Positions 24,265 through 38,400 of a stretch of 59,690 nucleotides of DNA are shown here, in pieces (within the stretch, counting starts at the first letter, position 1; the number at the start of each line of letters is the position of its first letter). Source of the DNA: Raja brachyura (taxonomy: Eukaryota); contig OY740813.1 of NCBI GenBank assembly GCA_963514005.1, positions 15,252,001-15,311,690 of the forward strand. The letters are read 5' to 3'. A program made the position numbers and the translations under genes. The notes beneath the pieces were generated by a model that did not search any database, was not told the DNA's origin, and saw only the letters and a program-made list of their open reading frames with translations.

Positions 24265-27200
24265 AAAAAATGATTTAGTTTGCAAAAAGGGACATTGTTA
24301 AATGTACAAGATTAGTTCAAAAGTATAATAAAAATGGATAGTTTTTGGATGCCAGGAATCCAGAATCTCAACTTAGACGTATGATACACTTCAAGTGCAT
24401 TTTGTTTCCTTTTAGGTCACAAATTTCCTAAACTAATAGACCTGTCCTATTTCAGATTCAATTTACTGTTGCATCCTCTTTAAATTGAAATATTTCACAC
24501 ACATATCATGCAGTTGTAACTTCAATAATCAGTACTTGTTTCATTCTTGCTTCCTCAACAAGATTTCAAAAGGAGCACAAAATCACTCATACTTGAGAGC
24601 AATAGTTTCACTTATCTAAATTTAATAGCTGAACATTGGGCAAAATTCAGAAGAGCCAAACAAGCACTGGATTATGCTGCTTAAAAATAAATGATCCTAT
24701 ATTCTAGAGTGGCCATGATTGATCTTATCAAGTTCAATTCCGATTAGGAACTGTCAATGTGATATTGCATTTAATAGAAATATGCTCCATGCAACATTAA
24801 TACCGTTCTCCTCAAGTTTCCTGCTGGGCTTAACATCTTGAAAGTCAACATGGACATTGTTACCACTTACTAAAAAGCTTGAGTTCAGGCTGATGGGTCA
24901 ATAGTAAATACAGTTCAAATACAATTGTTAGTTCTATACACAACTGTGACAATAAATAAATAACTGGTCATAAGCAAAATTCACTTAAACATAATACAAT
25001 CTGGATCGTGTCCCTTCCTGCCATTGTAAGCTGCCCGAAGATAGGGACCGGGTAAAAGTAAAGCCCTAAATATTTTGAGTAATAGTACAGGTTAATATAC
25101 TGTTCAGCATTAACATCCATGTAACATGACAGATCTGGCTAAGATGTTTTCAGTTCCTTTTATTTTAGAAAACTGTAATAGAGTTTGTAGGTAACTTTCC
25201 ATAGGAAATACTTTGAATTTTCTCCTACCCAGCCAGGTCAATGAAATTTAATTAAAACAGATAGAGTACAATTCAGATAATGAAGCAAAGAAACCTCTGA
25301 ACTATCAACATGATCCAAGGCAACAAAATGAACTACTCTGTACACACCTCACTGTTTAAATTAACAGGTTATCCTTTCCAAACTGCCACACAACCATAAA
25401 ACAGTCTGCGCTTCATCCAACTGAGTGGCTAGATGCATAAAACTTTGAAACTAGTTGTTCCGAAGCCAAGTCGGATTTGAATTGATGTGGTATTTCACAA
25501 AACAAAACATTGCAGAAAGCACCATAGAGTAATATTGCTAATTAGGCTAGAGCCAGTGTATTTTCATGTTTTAAACTTAAAATGCACACCACAAGGTTAA
25601 AAGTGGGATATTTACTGTGGAATGCACAATATGCAATTCCATTTGCTGTAATGAAGTAGCCCTTGTTCTACATACATTAAGACCTTGATAGCACATAGTC
25701 CTGGGCTGACAGATTGCCAATTAAATAATGCGTCTATGGCATTAGCATCATAAAGTCTCTGAATGTTCACTATGGACAGAATTATAAGTGGATCAACTAT
25801 AAATACCATGGTCACAAGAATAGGTCAGATTAGGCACCCTACACAGCAACTGACACCTCAACTCATTTCCACAATCTGCAAGGTGCAAGTCAGGAGTATG
25901 ATGGAAAACTCTTCAGCAATTAGGGCTGGGCAATAAATGCTGGCCTTGCCACTTATACCTAGACCTCCCCCACCCCTCCCAAGACAGTGAAACCATATAA
26001 AAAGGCTGCATTGTTCATTGTAAAGGTGCGCGAGAGTAGAAATAATTTCCCAATGTCTGGAAATACCAATACCACATAGCCACTGCATGACAAGTAGTTT
26101 TTACTGATGGAACGTCGAAGAATTATAATCGTTCCTGGATTAAGCATATGCATAGTTCCAATTGCAAGAATAAATGTTGGAACTTGGCTAAACAAATTTG
26201 CTGACAAATGTCAATAGCAGAGGGCCTGGAATGGTGCAGTGCATTAAGAAATATTTGAGATAACAGGTGTAAACCATTTAGCCCTCATCTGCTCAACTAT
26301 TCAACAAGATCATGACAGCTTTTACTCCATGCCTCCTTCCTATACCAACCTCGTTTCTCCAATATCCAACCAATCTATCATTTGTCGTAAATACCATCAG
26401 TGACTGGTCTTCCATTCCTTGCTGCTTTGAATTTCCAAAGATCCAAATCTCTGAAGAGAATTCTTATCATTTGAGACATGAATGGTCTAATTTGTGATTG
26501 AGTCTTCCCAGTTCCCAACATCCCACGAGCAGAACTATGATCCCCTCAAACCCTCTCAAAGTGGTGGTTGAGATCTTAGCTCACCGTGAGACAACTGGGA
26601 CAATGGAAAGACTGCAGCACCCAGTTAACAGAAATAAACAAACAAAATGTCAATGGAAAATAACGGATGATAAAAAGCAGGATGTGGAAATTACATGACC
26701 AGGAGATCACGTGGAGAACTGAAGCGGAAGCACAAGGAGTAGACCAACAATTCTGAAAATAATAGCAGAGCATGTGGTTAAAAATGTTACAAATTTGATT
26801 GACATTTCCTCACATCTCAGTTTACTCTCTTTATGATGCCCAAGTAAATTTGCTTGAGATGGTAATTTCAAAATGAACTGCACACACAATTTAAGAAACT
26901 ATGTGTAAATTAAATGTAGAAAGCTTGATGATAAACATCCAATTCTTCCTAGTCTAGGATCAGTGATTTACAGATTTTGTGACAAAATAAAGTTTAGGTG
27001 TTATGGATCCAAAACCCAGCTCAAAACAGACATTGATTCTTCACTATCTGGAAGGCCTGGAAACACAATCTATTTCAAATCTCAAGGTGTCTCAAATCAA
27101 TAAAAACAACAAAATCTAGTCTTGTTTAAATTTGTGTTATTTTAAAATGTTATTCACAGTATCAATACATAGTGAACTCATGGTCCTCCCTATCTGGGCT

Positions 27201-29312
27201 GCATGCTGTACCAGGACGTTGATGAACCCCTGCCCTCCTTGCTGCTGTGACAGGATCCTGATACTAACCCATCTGCTAGTTTGGTGCAAACAGTGGGATT
27301 ATTCAGCACCGAGATGTAGGGCTCAGAACTCCAGCTGCATCACGGACGCCACAGAGAGTGCCAGGAATTGCTGGGAACTGCCAGACTATAGTCTCTCGAC
27401 TGCTCGTGTTGGATGTGTTTGAATCTGTTGTCCCCCTCTGTGCCCAAATGCACAGCTTTCGCTAGCTCAGAGGTTCCCTACGGTAATAAGCTGCGCATCA
27501 AGCTCATTGTCATAGATACATCTTTGGGGTGAGGTGTTCAGCAAAACAAAGTTTCAATAGGGCCAAGGATGAGATCTCACCAACTTGGGACACATTTGGC
27601 TACACACATGTTAACATCATCTTTATTTAAACCTAGACCAACCTTTCCCTAGAGCCAGTAGCAAAAAGATGAAAATGCATCTCTTATTTAAATATTGTGT
27701 GATGCATCAATGTGGAGTCTAAATCAAGATCAGAATTGCTTTGTGTGGCATTTCAGACCGTGTTTGAAGGGCACTTTGCAGGGAAATCCTTGGGGGCAAC
27801 ACTTGCATTGCCCACATGTTGCTGATCTCATTGAAATTTCAAAATTAGCTGCACTAATGTTAATTTATAAAATGTCAAAACAGCACAGTGGTGGGGTAAT
27901 GGTGGCCATAACCAAAAGTTTCTGCCACTAATCTGTTACTAGTTATTTTAAACAGGTTCATACTACACTCATTTGACTCTTTTATCAAGTACCTGTAAGT
28001 CTTGGCCATCTTGTAACCCAATCATCTGCCTAGGAACTGCACTGAAAATTGTGCTGAATTAGTTTGATATTAATATGGTTCAGAAAGAACATCCCCATAT
28101 CTGTATCAGCAACAAGTTTGCACATTTCAAGCCTGCTACTGTTTGATGAACTAAATGTTTAAACATACAACAGATCTGTAGGGCCACAGTGAAAGCCAGG
28201 GGATTTCTGGACTGGGCTTTTATACTGGATTGTAAGCAGGACTCGTGCTGCATCTTGAGCATCACTTTCACACCCTGGAAGGTAACTCTTCAGGCTTAGC
28301 TGATGATTATTGCAAATTAAACAAACATGGTGAATTTCCTTTTCCGGTGTGCAAACCTAGACAACATTAACAGCTTGTTGCGTAACAACCCAAAGCAGCA
28401 AGGGTGGCATTCTGCACAGTAGCTTTTATGTTTCACAAGTTAGTAAGATCTGCCGAATAGAAGTGAATTCACTGACTGATGGATTAAAAAGTTAACTTTT
28501 GGCTTGCTATATACAGAAACTTCAGACAAACAACAATCTTTGCCCATTATTTTAAATGTTTCAAATGCAGACTCAGTTTCCAGCAATGAACTGTGTATCT
28601 TTAAAAAAAAGCTTATTTTAAACCCTAAAAAGGCAGAGTCCATGCAGAAACAGTACAATAGCGTCTGTTGACCTGTTGGGGATCTGTTATCTGAAAACAT
28701 TGGAGAATTAGGAGCCACCCTCCCCTCTGAATAACACCCTGGCTCAAAGGCTTCAGTCTGCTATTGAATTATATTTACCTCCCATCAGATCTTCAGTTAC
28801 TGGCATTCAGTCATACACATGCAAAAAAAAAATCCATTACAACACATCAAATTAGCAATCTAGTATTTACAGTGAGCCAGTCTTTCTCCTACAGTACAGA
28901 ATTGTGTTTTAAGGTTCTGTGCAATTGCTAGTACCACTATTTGTTATTCTATAAAGAAAAGTCCACTACCAATGAGTGAACTGCCGTACCTTTATACCCA
29001 ACAATCTGTCTCCAAAACAGAGTTTACCTGCCGGTCACTGGGTCTGCAGATAAACTGAGCTGCATGAGTGGGTCCTGTGGAGGACACCCGAAACAGCTTG
29101 GCACGATGGTAGGAGAGGAAATTGAACGCAGGCAATGGCATTAAACTTGGAACGTTTCCCTAGAGCGGCGCCACCTGTTCTACGTCCGTTCTAAAATTAA
29201 GCTCAGAAGGTGTAGCACCAGAGCATGAACCGGTTTCTGCAGCTCTTGTAAAGCAAGTCACTTAATAGGGTTCGTTAGCTGCCATGTAAGGTCGAGCCTC
29301 CATAGGTGCATC

Positions 29313-29463
29313 CTAGGTTTTCTCTTCCCGCTCTGTCTTCCGTCGTTGAATATTACGTGGTTTGATTTTTAGCGAGAGTTCCCACAGAGCTTCCTCAGCA
29401 AGATGATCTCCAAAGTCATTGAAAAACGTCACGATGTCATCAATGCGCTTTAGTTCATAATGA
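29313..29463 (-). CDS. RAPGEF1: RAPGEF1 terminal coding exon (HYELKRIDDIVTFFNDFGDHLAEEALWELSLKIKPRNIQRRKTEREEKT*)
   Basis: tctcag acceptor, TAG stop, 151 nt. Confidence 0.95.
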
Positions 29464-32400
29464 CTGAGAAAAGAAAAAGTCACCATCATCATAGTGTTTG
29501 TTATATAAGAAGCGAGCAGAGTGATTTTAATATGAGCCAGTGCCCCTCTAATCATTCTCCAAAGTGTTATGAGAACTCATATGCATTGCTACTATGCCAA
29601 GGTTTTAATCTGGGTTACGTAGTGAAAGAAATCATGGAATGAGACTAATTATTTTCTCCTACTTCCACTCCCTCCATCAACCTCCCACAGCTGAACAGAG
29701 CCTGTGGAACAGGTAAAGTTCTTCTCCCCTCACCTATCGTACATTTAAAAAGTGCAATAATCACCCTTTAAAAAAAATCAAATTCGAAAGATTGTATTCC
29801 TGTACCTTGGCCACATCTTTCGGGGTGAAGTAAATATTTTTTGAAATCCAACTGAGTTCAGAATACTTACATTTGCTGGAAGCGCCGCATACTATCCAAG
29901 ATATTAAACTGCTGCCATCGTTTAGAAAAGTTGATCTTTCCATCTATCAGATCTGGGTTACCAAGGTGAACAAAGGTCAGGTCTTGCAGAATAAGACCCC
30001 TGTGGAAATAAAATCAGGCAAACATCACAAACTTTCCGCAAACTCCTGCTCATTTGCATGTGGTTTTACGCCAAGAAACAGAAGGTCAATTAAATTCTTG
30101 GTATAAGTCCCAAAAATGGTGTAGATAACAATGGTGCAATGTCAAGGTCTGCAATGTCAGAAATCCCACTCTGCAGCCTCCAATAACCTACATCTTTCAT
30201 CATTAACCACCAAGATTCTGCAGTTACTTGCTTCGATTCATACACTTACATGGGTGAATTTTAATCCCTTTTTGACAATCAATGGGATAAAGTGGCTGTC
30301 AAGCACAACAAAAGTTAGCTCTGGTCCATCACAAAGCTGACAGAAGCAAACAAGCAGGAACAGGTCTAAGCATCACGACTGATCCATGGTTTTGCACTGT
30401 CCCCACTTCCCTTAATGCTCTCAACATCCATTCTGAATGACTGCTCCAGCACTTTCCACAGGGTGAAGAATTCCAAAAGCAACTACCAGCTATTTATTTT
30501 TTCCATACTTCAGGAAACTCTGGTTAAATGTTGTAAGTTTTAATGAGAATATCTCCAATTCTTACTAACATACAATAAGTCTGGTGAATCTTTGTTACTG
30601 GCTGAACTTAATTGTGCACCTAAATCCATTTCCTAATCTGCCGCCATTAAAAAAGTACTCTGTTCTTCTGTTTTTTCATCAAAAAGGATTTTTCTTTTTT
30701 TGATAAATCAATAATTTAAAAATGTATACATACTTGTCATCCTTGCCTTTCTGTTCAGTCTATATTTCTGTTAGGTCTTGGGAACTTCCTGTATTAACTT
30801 GAAACATGCTAATAATGTTGAAACCTTCTAATAATGGCATACTTCCCATTGTAAACAAGGATGTACAAATGAACAAAACTTGAGATTGTTTAAAATGCAC
30901 TTTCAGCCTGGATGTCAGGGTTTGACAATGTGTCCTATAAGGGACGTTCTGGCACCATGTAATGGGCATGTATTATACAATGCTGGGCTTGGCTCAGTCG
31001 TGGCAGCGACAGACCATCATAGTGCAAGTTGCAACACATCAAATATGCTGGCGCTGTACTGGATGTGGTGCTCTAGGCTGTCTCTGATGAGACTTCAACA
31101 TGAAGTTGTATCTGTCCTTTGTAGCAAAACTTTTCAGTGTTGCACTGAATGAATATAGCAATGTTGAGAAAAAGATCTGCGCTGACTTGTACCGTAACTT
31201 TCATATTGCCTGGGCATGCCAAAATATCAAAGAACCTGGTAGTCACCACTAGAATGAAGCAAAGTCTGCTGTGAGGTTACATGTAATGTCAAAATGATGG
31301 GATGATCTGCTTTAATGAAGTTGATTGATTGATATTGGGTTAAAAAAAAAAAATCACAGCTAACTAAGGGATCTCCAAAAGTACTGCACTCAGGAATGAT
31401 GCACTTGGGCCCACAATCTACTGATTAGGTGATTAAGGTACTACCAAAGGAATCCAGTAGTATCAAGGGTCACCTACATTTTGCAGCACCTCTCAGGTTT
31501 CTTCTAATTTTACCTTTGAATGCCAGATCAGCTGTTTATATTGGCAACATTTGGAAATAAATTACTATGCTATGTTCAGAATTTGAAACGGAAATAATTG
31601 ATTCGCTGAGAACATTAATCAATAAGACTCCCTTCAGAACAACAGCCAGTTGAGTACTTACAGGTAAGGTATACAGGGTGGCTCCACCTCTGCCAAAGCA
31701 GCTCGATACGCTCGAAATGAAGAGGAGCTATCAATGAGTGTGCAGTATTCAGCCAGACCCTGAAAATAAATGCAAGGTAATTAATTTGTCAATCAATAAC
31801 ACAGCTACAGTGCCCTCCATAATGTTTGGGACAATGACCCATCATTTATTTATTTGACTCTGTATTCCACTATTTGAGATATGTAATAGAAACAAAATCA
31901 CATGTGGTTAAGGTGCACCTCGTCAGATTTTAATAAAGGCCATTTTTATACATTTTGGTTTCACCATGTAGAAATTACAGCAGTGTTTATACATAGTCCC
32001 CCCATTTCAGGGCACCATAATGTTTGGGACACATGGCTTCACAGGCATTTGTAATTGCTCAGGTCTGTTTAATTGCCTCCTTAATTCAGGTATGAGAGAG
32101 CTCAGCACCCTAGTCTTTCCATCATCTTTGGAAAATTTTACTGTTTATCAACATGAGGACCAAAGTTGTGCCAATGAAAGTAAAAGCAGCCATTGTGAGA
32201 CTGAGAAACAAGAATAAAACTGTTAGAGACATCAGCCAAACCTTAGGCTAACCAAAATCAACTGTTTGGAACATCATTAAGAAGCAAGAGCACTGGTGAG
32301 ATTACTAATCGCAAAGGGACTGGCAGGCCAAGGAAGACCTCCACAGCTGATGACAGAAGAATTCTCTCTATAATAAAGAAAACCCCCCAAACACCTGTCC

Positions 32401-35400
32401 GACAGATTAGAAACACTCTTCAGGAGTCAATGTGGAGTTGTCAATGACCACTGTCCGCAGAAGACTACATGAACAGAAAGACAGAGGCTACACTGCAAGA
32501 TGCAAACCACTGGTTAGTCACAAAAATAGGAAGGCCGAGTTACAGCTTGCCAAGAAGTACTTAAAAGAGCAATCACAGATCTGGAAAAAGGTCTTGTGGA
32601 CGGATCAGACAAAGATTATATCCGAGTGATGGCAAGAGCAAAGTATGGAGGAGAGAAGGAACTGCCCAAGATCTACAGCATACCACCTCATCTGTGAAAC
32701 ACAGTGGTGGGTGTGTTATGGCCTGGGCATGTATGGCCGCTGAAGGTACTGGCTCACTTATCTTCATTGATGATACAACTGCTGAAGGTAGTAGCATAAT
32801 GAATTCTGATGTGCATAGACACATCTTATCTGCTCAAGTTCAAACAAATGCCTCAAAGCTCATTGGCCGGCGGTTCATTCTACAGCAAGCCAATGATCCC
32901 AAATATACTGCTAAAGCAACAAAGGACTTTTTCCAAAGCTAAAAGATGTTCAATTCTTGAGTGGCCAAGTCAGTCACCCAATGTGAACCCAATTGAGCAT
33001 GACTCTTATATGCTGAAGAGAAAATTGAAGGAGACCTGCCCCCAAAACAAGCATAAGCTAAAGATGGCTGCAATACAGGCCTGGCAGAGCATCACCCGAG
33101 AAGACACCCAGCAACTGGTGATGTCAATGAATCACAGACTTCAAGCAATCATTCCATGCAAAGGATATGCAACAAAATACTAAACATGACTACTTTCATT
33201 TACATGACATTGCTGTGTCCCAAACATTATGGTGTCCTGAAATTGGGGGGGGGGGGGGGGGGGGGGGGGAGAGAAGACGGACTATGTATTAACACTGCTG
33301 CAATTTCTGCATGGTGAAAACAAATAGCATAAAAATGGGCTTTATTAAAATCTGACAATGTGCACTTTAATCACATGTAATTTTTTTCTATTACAAATCT
33401 CAAATTGTGGAGTACAGAGGCAAATAAATAAATGATGGGTACAGAGGCAAATAAATAAATGATGGGTCTTTGTCCCAAACATTATGGAGGGCACTGTACT
33501 AGTTGGAGTATGAATCTTTTTAATGACTTAGGACAAAGATAATGAGCAGAGAACAATGAGCAATAAAATAAAAAAGTTAGATTCCACTGGTTGAGAGCAC
33601 AGGGAACAAAACGACAGATTATATGCAAAATGTTTAAATATAGAAGAGTGTTGGGAGAAATATTTTGCATTTCACTGGCTATTACAGTTAAGTAAGATAA
33701 TTAATGGTTGAAATAGAGACTGCTAACAATGTGGAATAAACTAAATGGGATGGTTGAAGGAAGATAGAACAGTGAGGGGCACTGACAATGTCGAATGCTA
33801 GCACCGGATCTGAGGCAATTTCTATACAATTCTACCTTTACCGACTCCGGTTTCAGACTATTGAGTACACTCTGGAGAATTAATTAAAATCCAATCTTCC
33901 TTAAACAGGTGTGTTAGCCTGAAGCCACAGACTGCTTATCTTTAACAGCCATCCTCCCCAAGAGAATAGCTCACTGTTTTCTTGGACAATTGGCAAAGGA
34001 TTACCACAGCAATTACTAGAGAACATAATGAGCTTCTTGTGTGGCAAAAGATGGTACAAAGGAAAGTCACAGCTGATTTCATAATCTGTTCAGATCACTT
34101 TAGGGGTGCATTGTTACTGCTCTTGTGAACACAATTTGCCTTTGCGTTATCAATCTTTCTCTAGTTCATAGTGCAGAGGCTCAACAACAACATTGGTCAT
34201 CTCTGTAGTTAAACCATTATTGGTGCAGACTTGTTAAACATGTTCTCACGAGCATTCTTGGAACACTGTTTAGCTCTGCTGAGCCTCACATTGTAAAATC
34301 AGTTGCATGACAAGCATCAACTTGCACCATGGAGGCAGGACCTACAATAATATAGAAGCATGTGTTAAAGAAGGAACTGCAGATGCTGGAGAATCGAGGG
34401 TTACTCAAAAAGCTGGAGAAACTCAGCGGGTGCAGCAGCATCTAAGGAGCTCCTTAGATGCTGCTGCACCCGCTGAGTTTCCCCACCTTTTTGTGTAATA
34501 TAGAAGCACCTTGATGCTACAGATTACATGACAATACTGTGTACTAAAGTTCGTCCCAAGTTTCTTATCTAGATGGTTACTCAAGGGACTTTGCAAAGCA
34601 AAGTGCTGATATGCCTGGCTCGTTACCGTGGACGGAAGTATGTATTGTACAGTTCATACATTTATATTGCTGGAAAAGAAACAGAATGCTGGAAAAACTC
34701 CAGTCGGGCAGCATCTGTAGAAAGTCAATGATTTGGGTCTGCGACCCATCGTCATAACTGGGAAGGTCCTTCATTTTGCTACCTCTATTAAAATAAGATT
34801 GTTACAAAAGAACATCAATAAAAAGGCATTAACATTCTGAGGTTCATTCAACAACATTGTAATGAACATTTTGTCTTGAGCCCACTATCCTGCAGTCTTC
34901 TTATTCCTAGATTGTAATATCAAAAACGCAATCACTCAGCTTTGAATTTACTCGACCGACTATCCTGGAGATGAAGAACTCCAAGTGGCAAAGGAACTTA
35001 TCAGGCGTACAGTATTCAACCAGATAATTTCCAAAGTTTTAAAATTATTTTTAGTATGTTTTTGCAATGAGGGTACCCATTTACAGAATGCTACACAGAC
35101 ATGATACCATAGCAGCCACGTAAAAATGGGCCGTGTCACCGTAAATGTAGCTTTTGGCACCCGGGAGACATTTTGCACCAATTCATGGACAGGTTTTCCA
35201 GTTACTGCAGAGATTGGAGCCTGGACATAACATACAAAACTACAAATCACAACGTTACCTCTGAAGTCTGCTTCTGCCATTCCAATCTGCGGATCGGTGC
35301 CGAGTCTAATGCAGATAATATAGCCAGGTACGAGTTAAAATTATTCAGTTTGCGTAAGTGCTAGAAATTAAAATGAAATTATTAAAAAAATTAAAAGGTT

Positions 35401-38400
35401 GAATTTCAGCATCTGCTGCAATGATTTCAAAGTTTCAAAGTTACATGGCCATTTCTGGTGAGATTTTGCTTCACAAGGTTTTCTAGCCATGCACCATTCT
35501 ATATATTAAATACATATGGCATGCAAGTTATTTGTTCAGCAAATCTTATAGTTCTCAGAATGTGACAGCAGAGAAATGCTACAACACATTGTGTAGCAGT
35601 TTACGAACCTTCATAATTTTGATAAATTTGAGGAGTAACCGTTCTCGATCTTGTGCCTTTTCCTGTTGAATAATTATTGACCTCACCCTGAAAGACCAAA
35701 ACATGAAAACTTTGATATCCAGTATCCCTTCCTGGAAAATGGTACTGGTTCAGGAAAATACATCATGCTCGTCTCAAAGCTTTGCAATCACTCAGCCTCG
35801 TTAGCACTCTTGCCCAAAAGCTCACATGTTCAAAACAAAATGGGAAGCATTGGAAGATTGAGTATGATGTGTGGGAATCGCTTTGAATAATCATCGCCAG
35901 CACCAGCAAGTGTTTGCTGTCACAGTTCCCCACTGTGATGATCTTAATGCTAAACATACTGCTACAGACATCAAAGATATATCCCAGAGAGGAATGACAG
36001 CACAGTACGTAACCCCCTTCATGTCCCTGTGTTTTGATATGTGTACCCTGCCGCGGCACTCAATACCGACTCCCAGTCTCGCACTGCCCACTTTTACTCC
36101 ACCCAGATATTCGCAAACCAGGAGCATTCAGCTTTTTCAATGCAGAACTTGGCTTTTATCTGAAACATTTTGGCACAGAAGAGCTGAGAAACATTGCTTC
36201 ATGCTTACCAATAGGACATATTGTTGAAGTGCTCTGTAAACTGTGTTAGGTTTGGACTCTTCTCTTCGTTCTGTTCTTTGGCCCAGAGTAAAACCTCAGG
36301 GATCTGACATTGAGAGAGAAGATAAAAGAGAGAGATGAAGGGAGCTATAAAATGTGCTAGGCTAGCCCTACACAGCCTGGATCGGAATGAAAACTGTAGC
36401 ACAAAGGAATCACCAATGGAATATAATTTCATATCACTCCCATTGCTAATTGGAGTATAAAAATATGACAAGGTGTCAGTTTAAATATTATTTGTGAGCA
36501 TTCTCATTTGTTAATCAGCATCCCTTCCTGGAGATTGGTCTGACCGGCTTTCATCATTAAACCTGTCTACAAACCATGACCACTGTCTCAAATTTAATGG
36601 TCAATTATTTATACTAACAAATCACAACAGCAAAGACTTCTACTTAGTTTTCTTCTTCCACAGATGCATATTATTTTCCACTTAGGATGATCAGATGTTA
36701 TTGTGTTACCATCAAGGTTCCACTGGGCATTGTCCTCAGCTCCCTGCTTTCTGTAGTACACATTGAAGTGTGTACAGAGTATATTAGTTTGATATAAAAA
36801 CTGGGGATTAGGGTGACAGTGAGAAGAAAACTTTTAGAGGCTAGAGGACATAGATTGCCTGCCTAGTTGGATAGATAAGCGGAAAAGGAATGGAATCTGG
36901 ATAAAGTAATTCATTTGGGAAGAAGCAAAAAGGCATCGACATACACACTATTTGCGGGAATAGAGGATGTTTATAACCACAGATGCATAAAAGGCAGAAA
37001 ATGAAGTTATAACGATAGTTAAAGAGGCATTTTGGGATACATATCCGCACAAGCCCAGGCATGGAATGCAAGTGCAGGGAGAGTCTGCCTTGAGTACTGA
37101 GTCATCGCGTTACAGGAAATGCGCAACTGCACTAAGAGGGAGCAAAGCAGGCTGCCGTGACCAAAAGAGTGTTATGATTTACATCTATTATGAATCTACT
37201 GACTCCCACAGCACTTTTCCCCCACTCTGTCTCCTGCAAAGACTCTATCCCCTACTCCCAATTCCTCTGTCTACACTGGATCTGCACCCAAGATGAGGTT
37301 TTCCATACCAGATCATCGGAGATGTCGTCATTCTTTGGGGACCCGGGGTTCCCCTCTTCCAGCATAATAAGGCCTTCAAAAGTCTACTCGATATCCTGCA
37401 GCTCCGCTCTTGCTCCCCCTCCCCTCAGTCACAACAGGGACAGAATATCCCTAGTCCTCACCTTTCACCCCATCAGCCATCGCATACAGCACATAATCTT
37501 CCCACATTTTTGCCACCTCCAACTGGATCCCACCACCAGACACATCTTCCCATCTCCACCCATTTCCGCTTTCCACAGAGACTGTTACCTCCGCAACTCC
37601 CTGGTTAACTCATCCCTTTCCACCCAAACCATTCCCTCTCCAGATACTACCCCTTGCAACCCAGGAGATGCAACACCTGTCCCGATACCACTTCTCTCAA
37701 CTCCGTACAAGGATCTTGACAGTCCTTTCAGATGATGCAGAGGTTCACTTGCACCTCCTCCGATTTTATCTACCTTATCTGTTGTTCCAGGTGTGGACTT
37801 CTATATATTGGCAAGGCCGTGGGAGTGCAGGCTCGTCGATTGTTTTGCTGAACACGTCCGCTCAGTGCCTAGACAAACGTATACCCCAGTTTCTTAACAC
37901 TAACTCCCCCTCCCATTCTGACCTTTCTGTCCTGGGCCTCCTCCACTGTCAGAGTGAGGCCCAGTGCAAATTGGAGGAACACCACCTCATATTTAGCTTG
38001 GGAAGCTTACACCCCAGCGGTATAAATATTGACTTCTCTAACTTCAACTAACCCTTGCTTTCCCGCTCTCTCCATCCCTTCCCCTTCCTAGTTCACCGAC
38101 CAGTCTGACTACATTTTATCTTGATTACTTTTTATCTCTGTATGCTTCGTTGTCGCCTTCTCCTAGCTAACAACGACATTCTACATTTTCCTTGAACCTC
38201 ATCCCCTTTGATGTCTTGTTTTCACACCTTACACTTCCTTATATCTCTGTGTCTCCCTCTTCCCAGACTCTCAGTCTGAAGTAGGGTCTCGACCCGAAGC
38301 GTCACCCATTCCATCTATGCAGAGATGCTGCAGAGATGAGTTACTCCATCATTTTGTGTCTAGTTATTAGATTGGATACACTTGGCTTGCTTTCTTTGAA

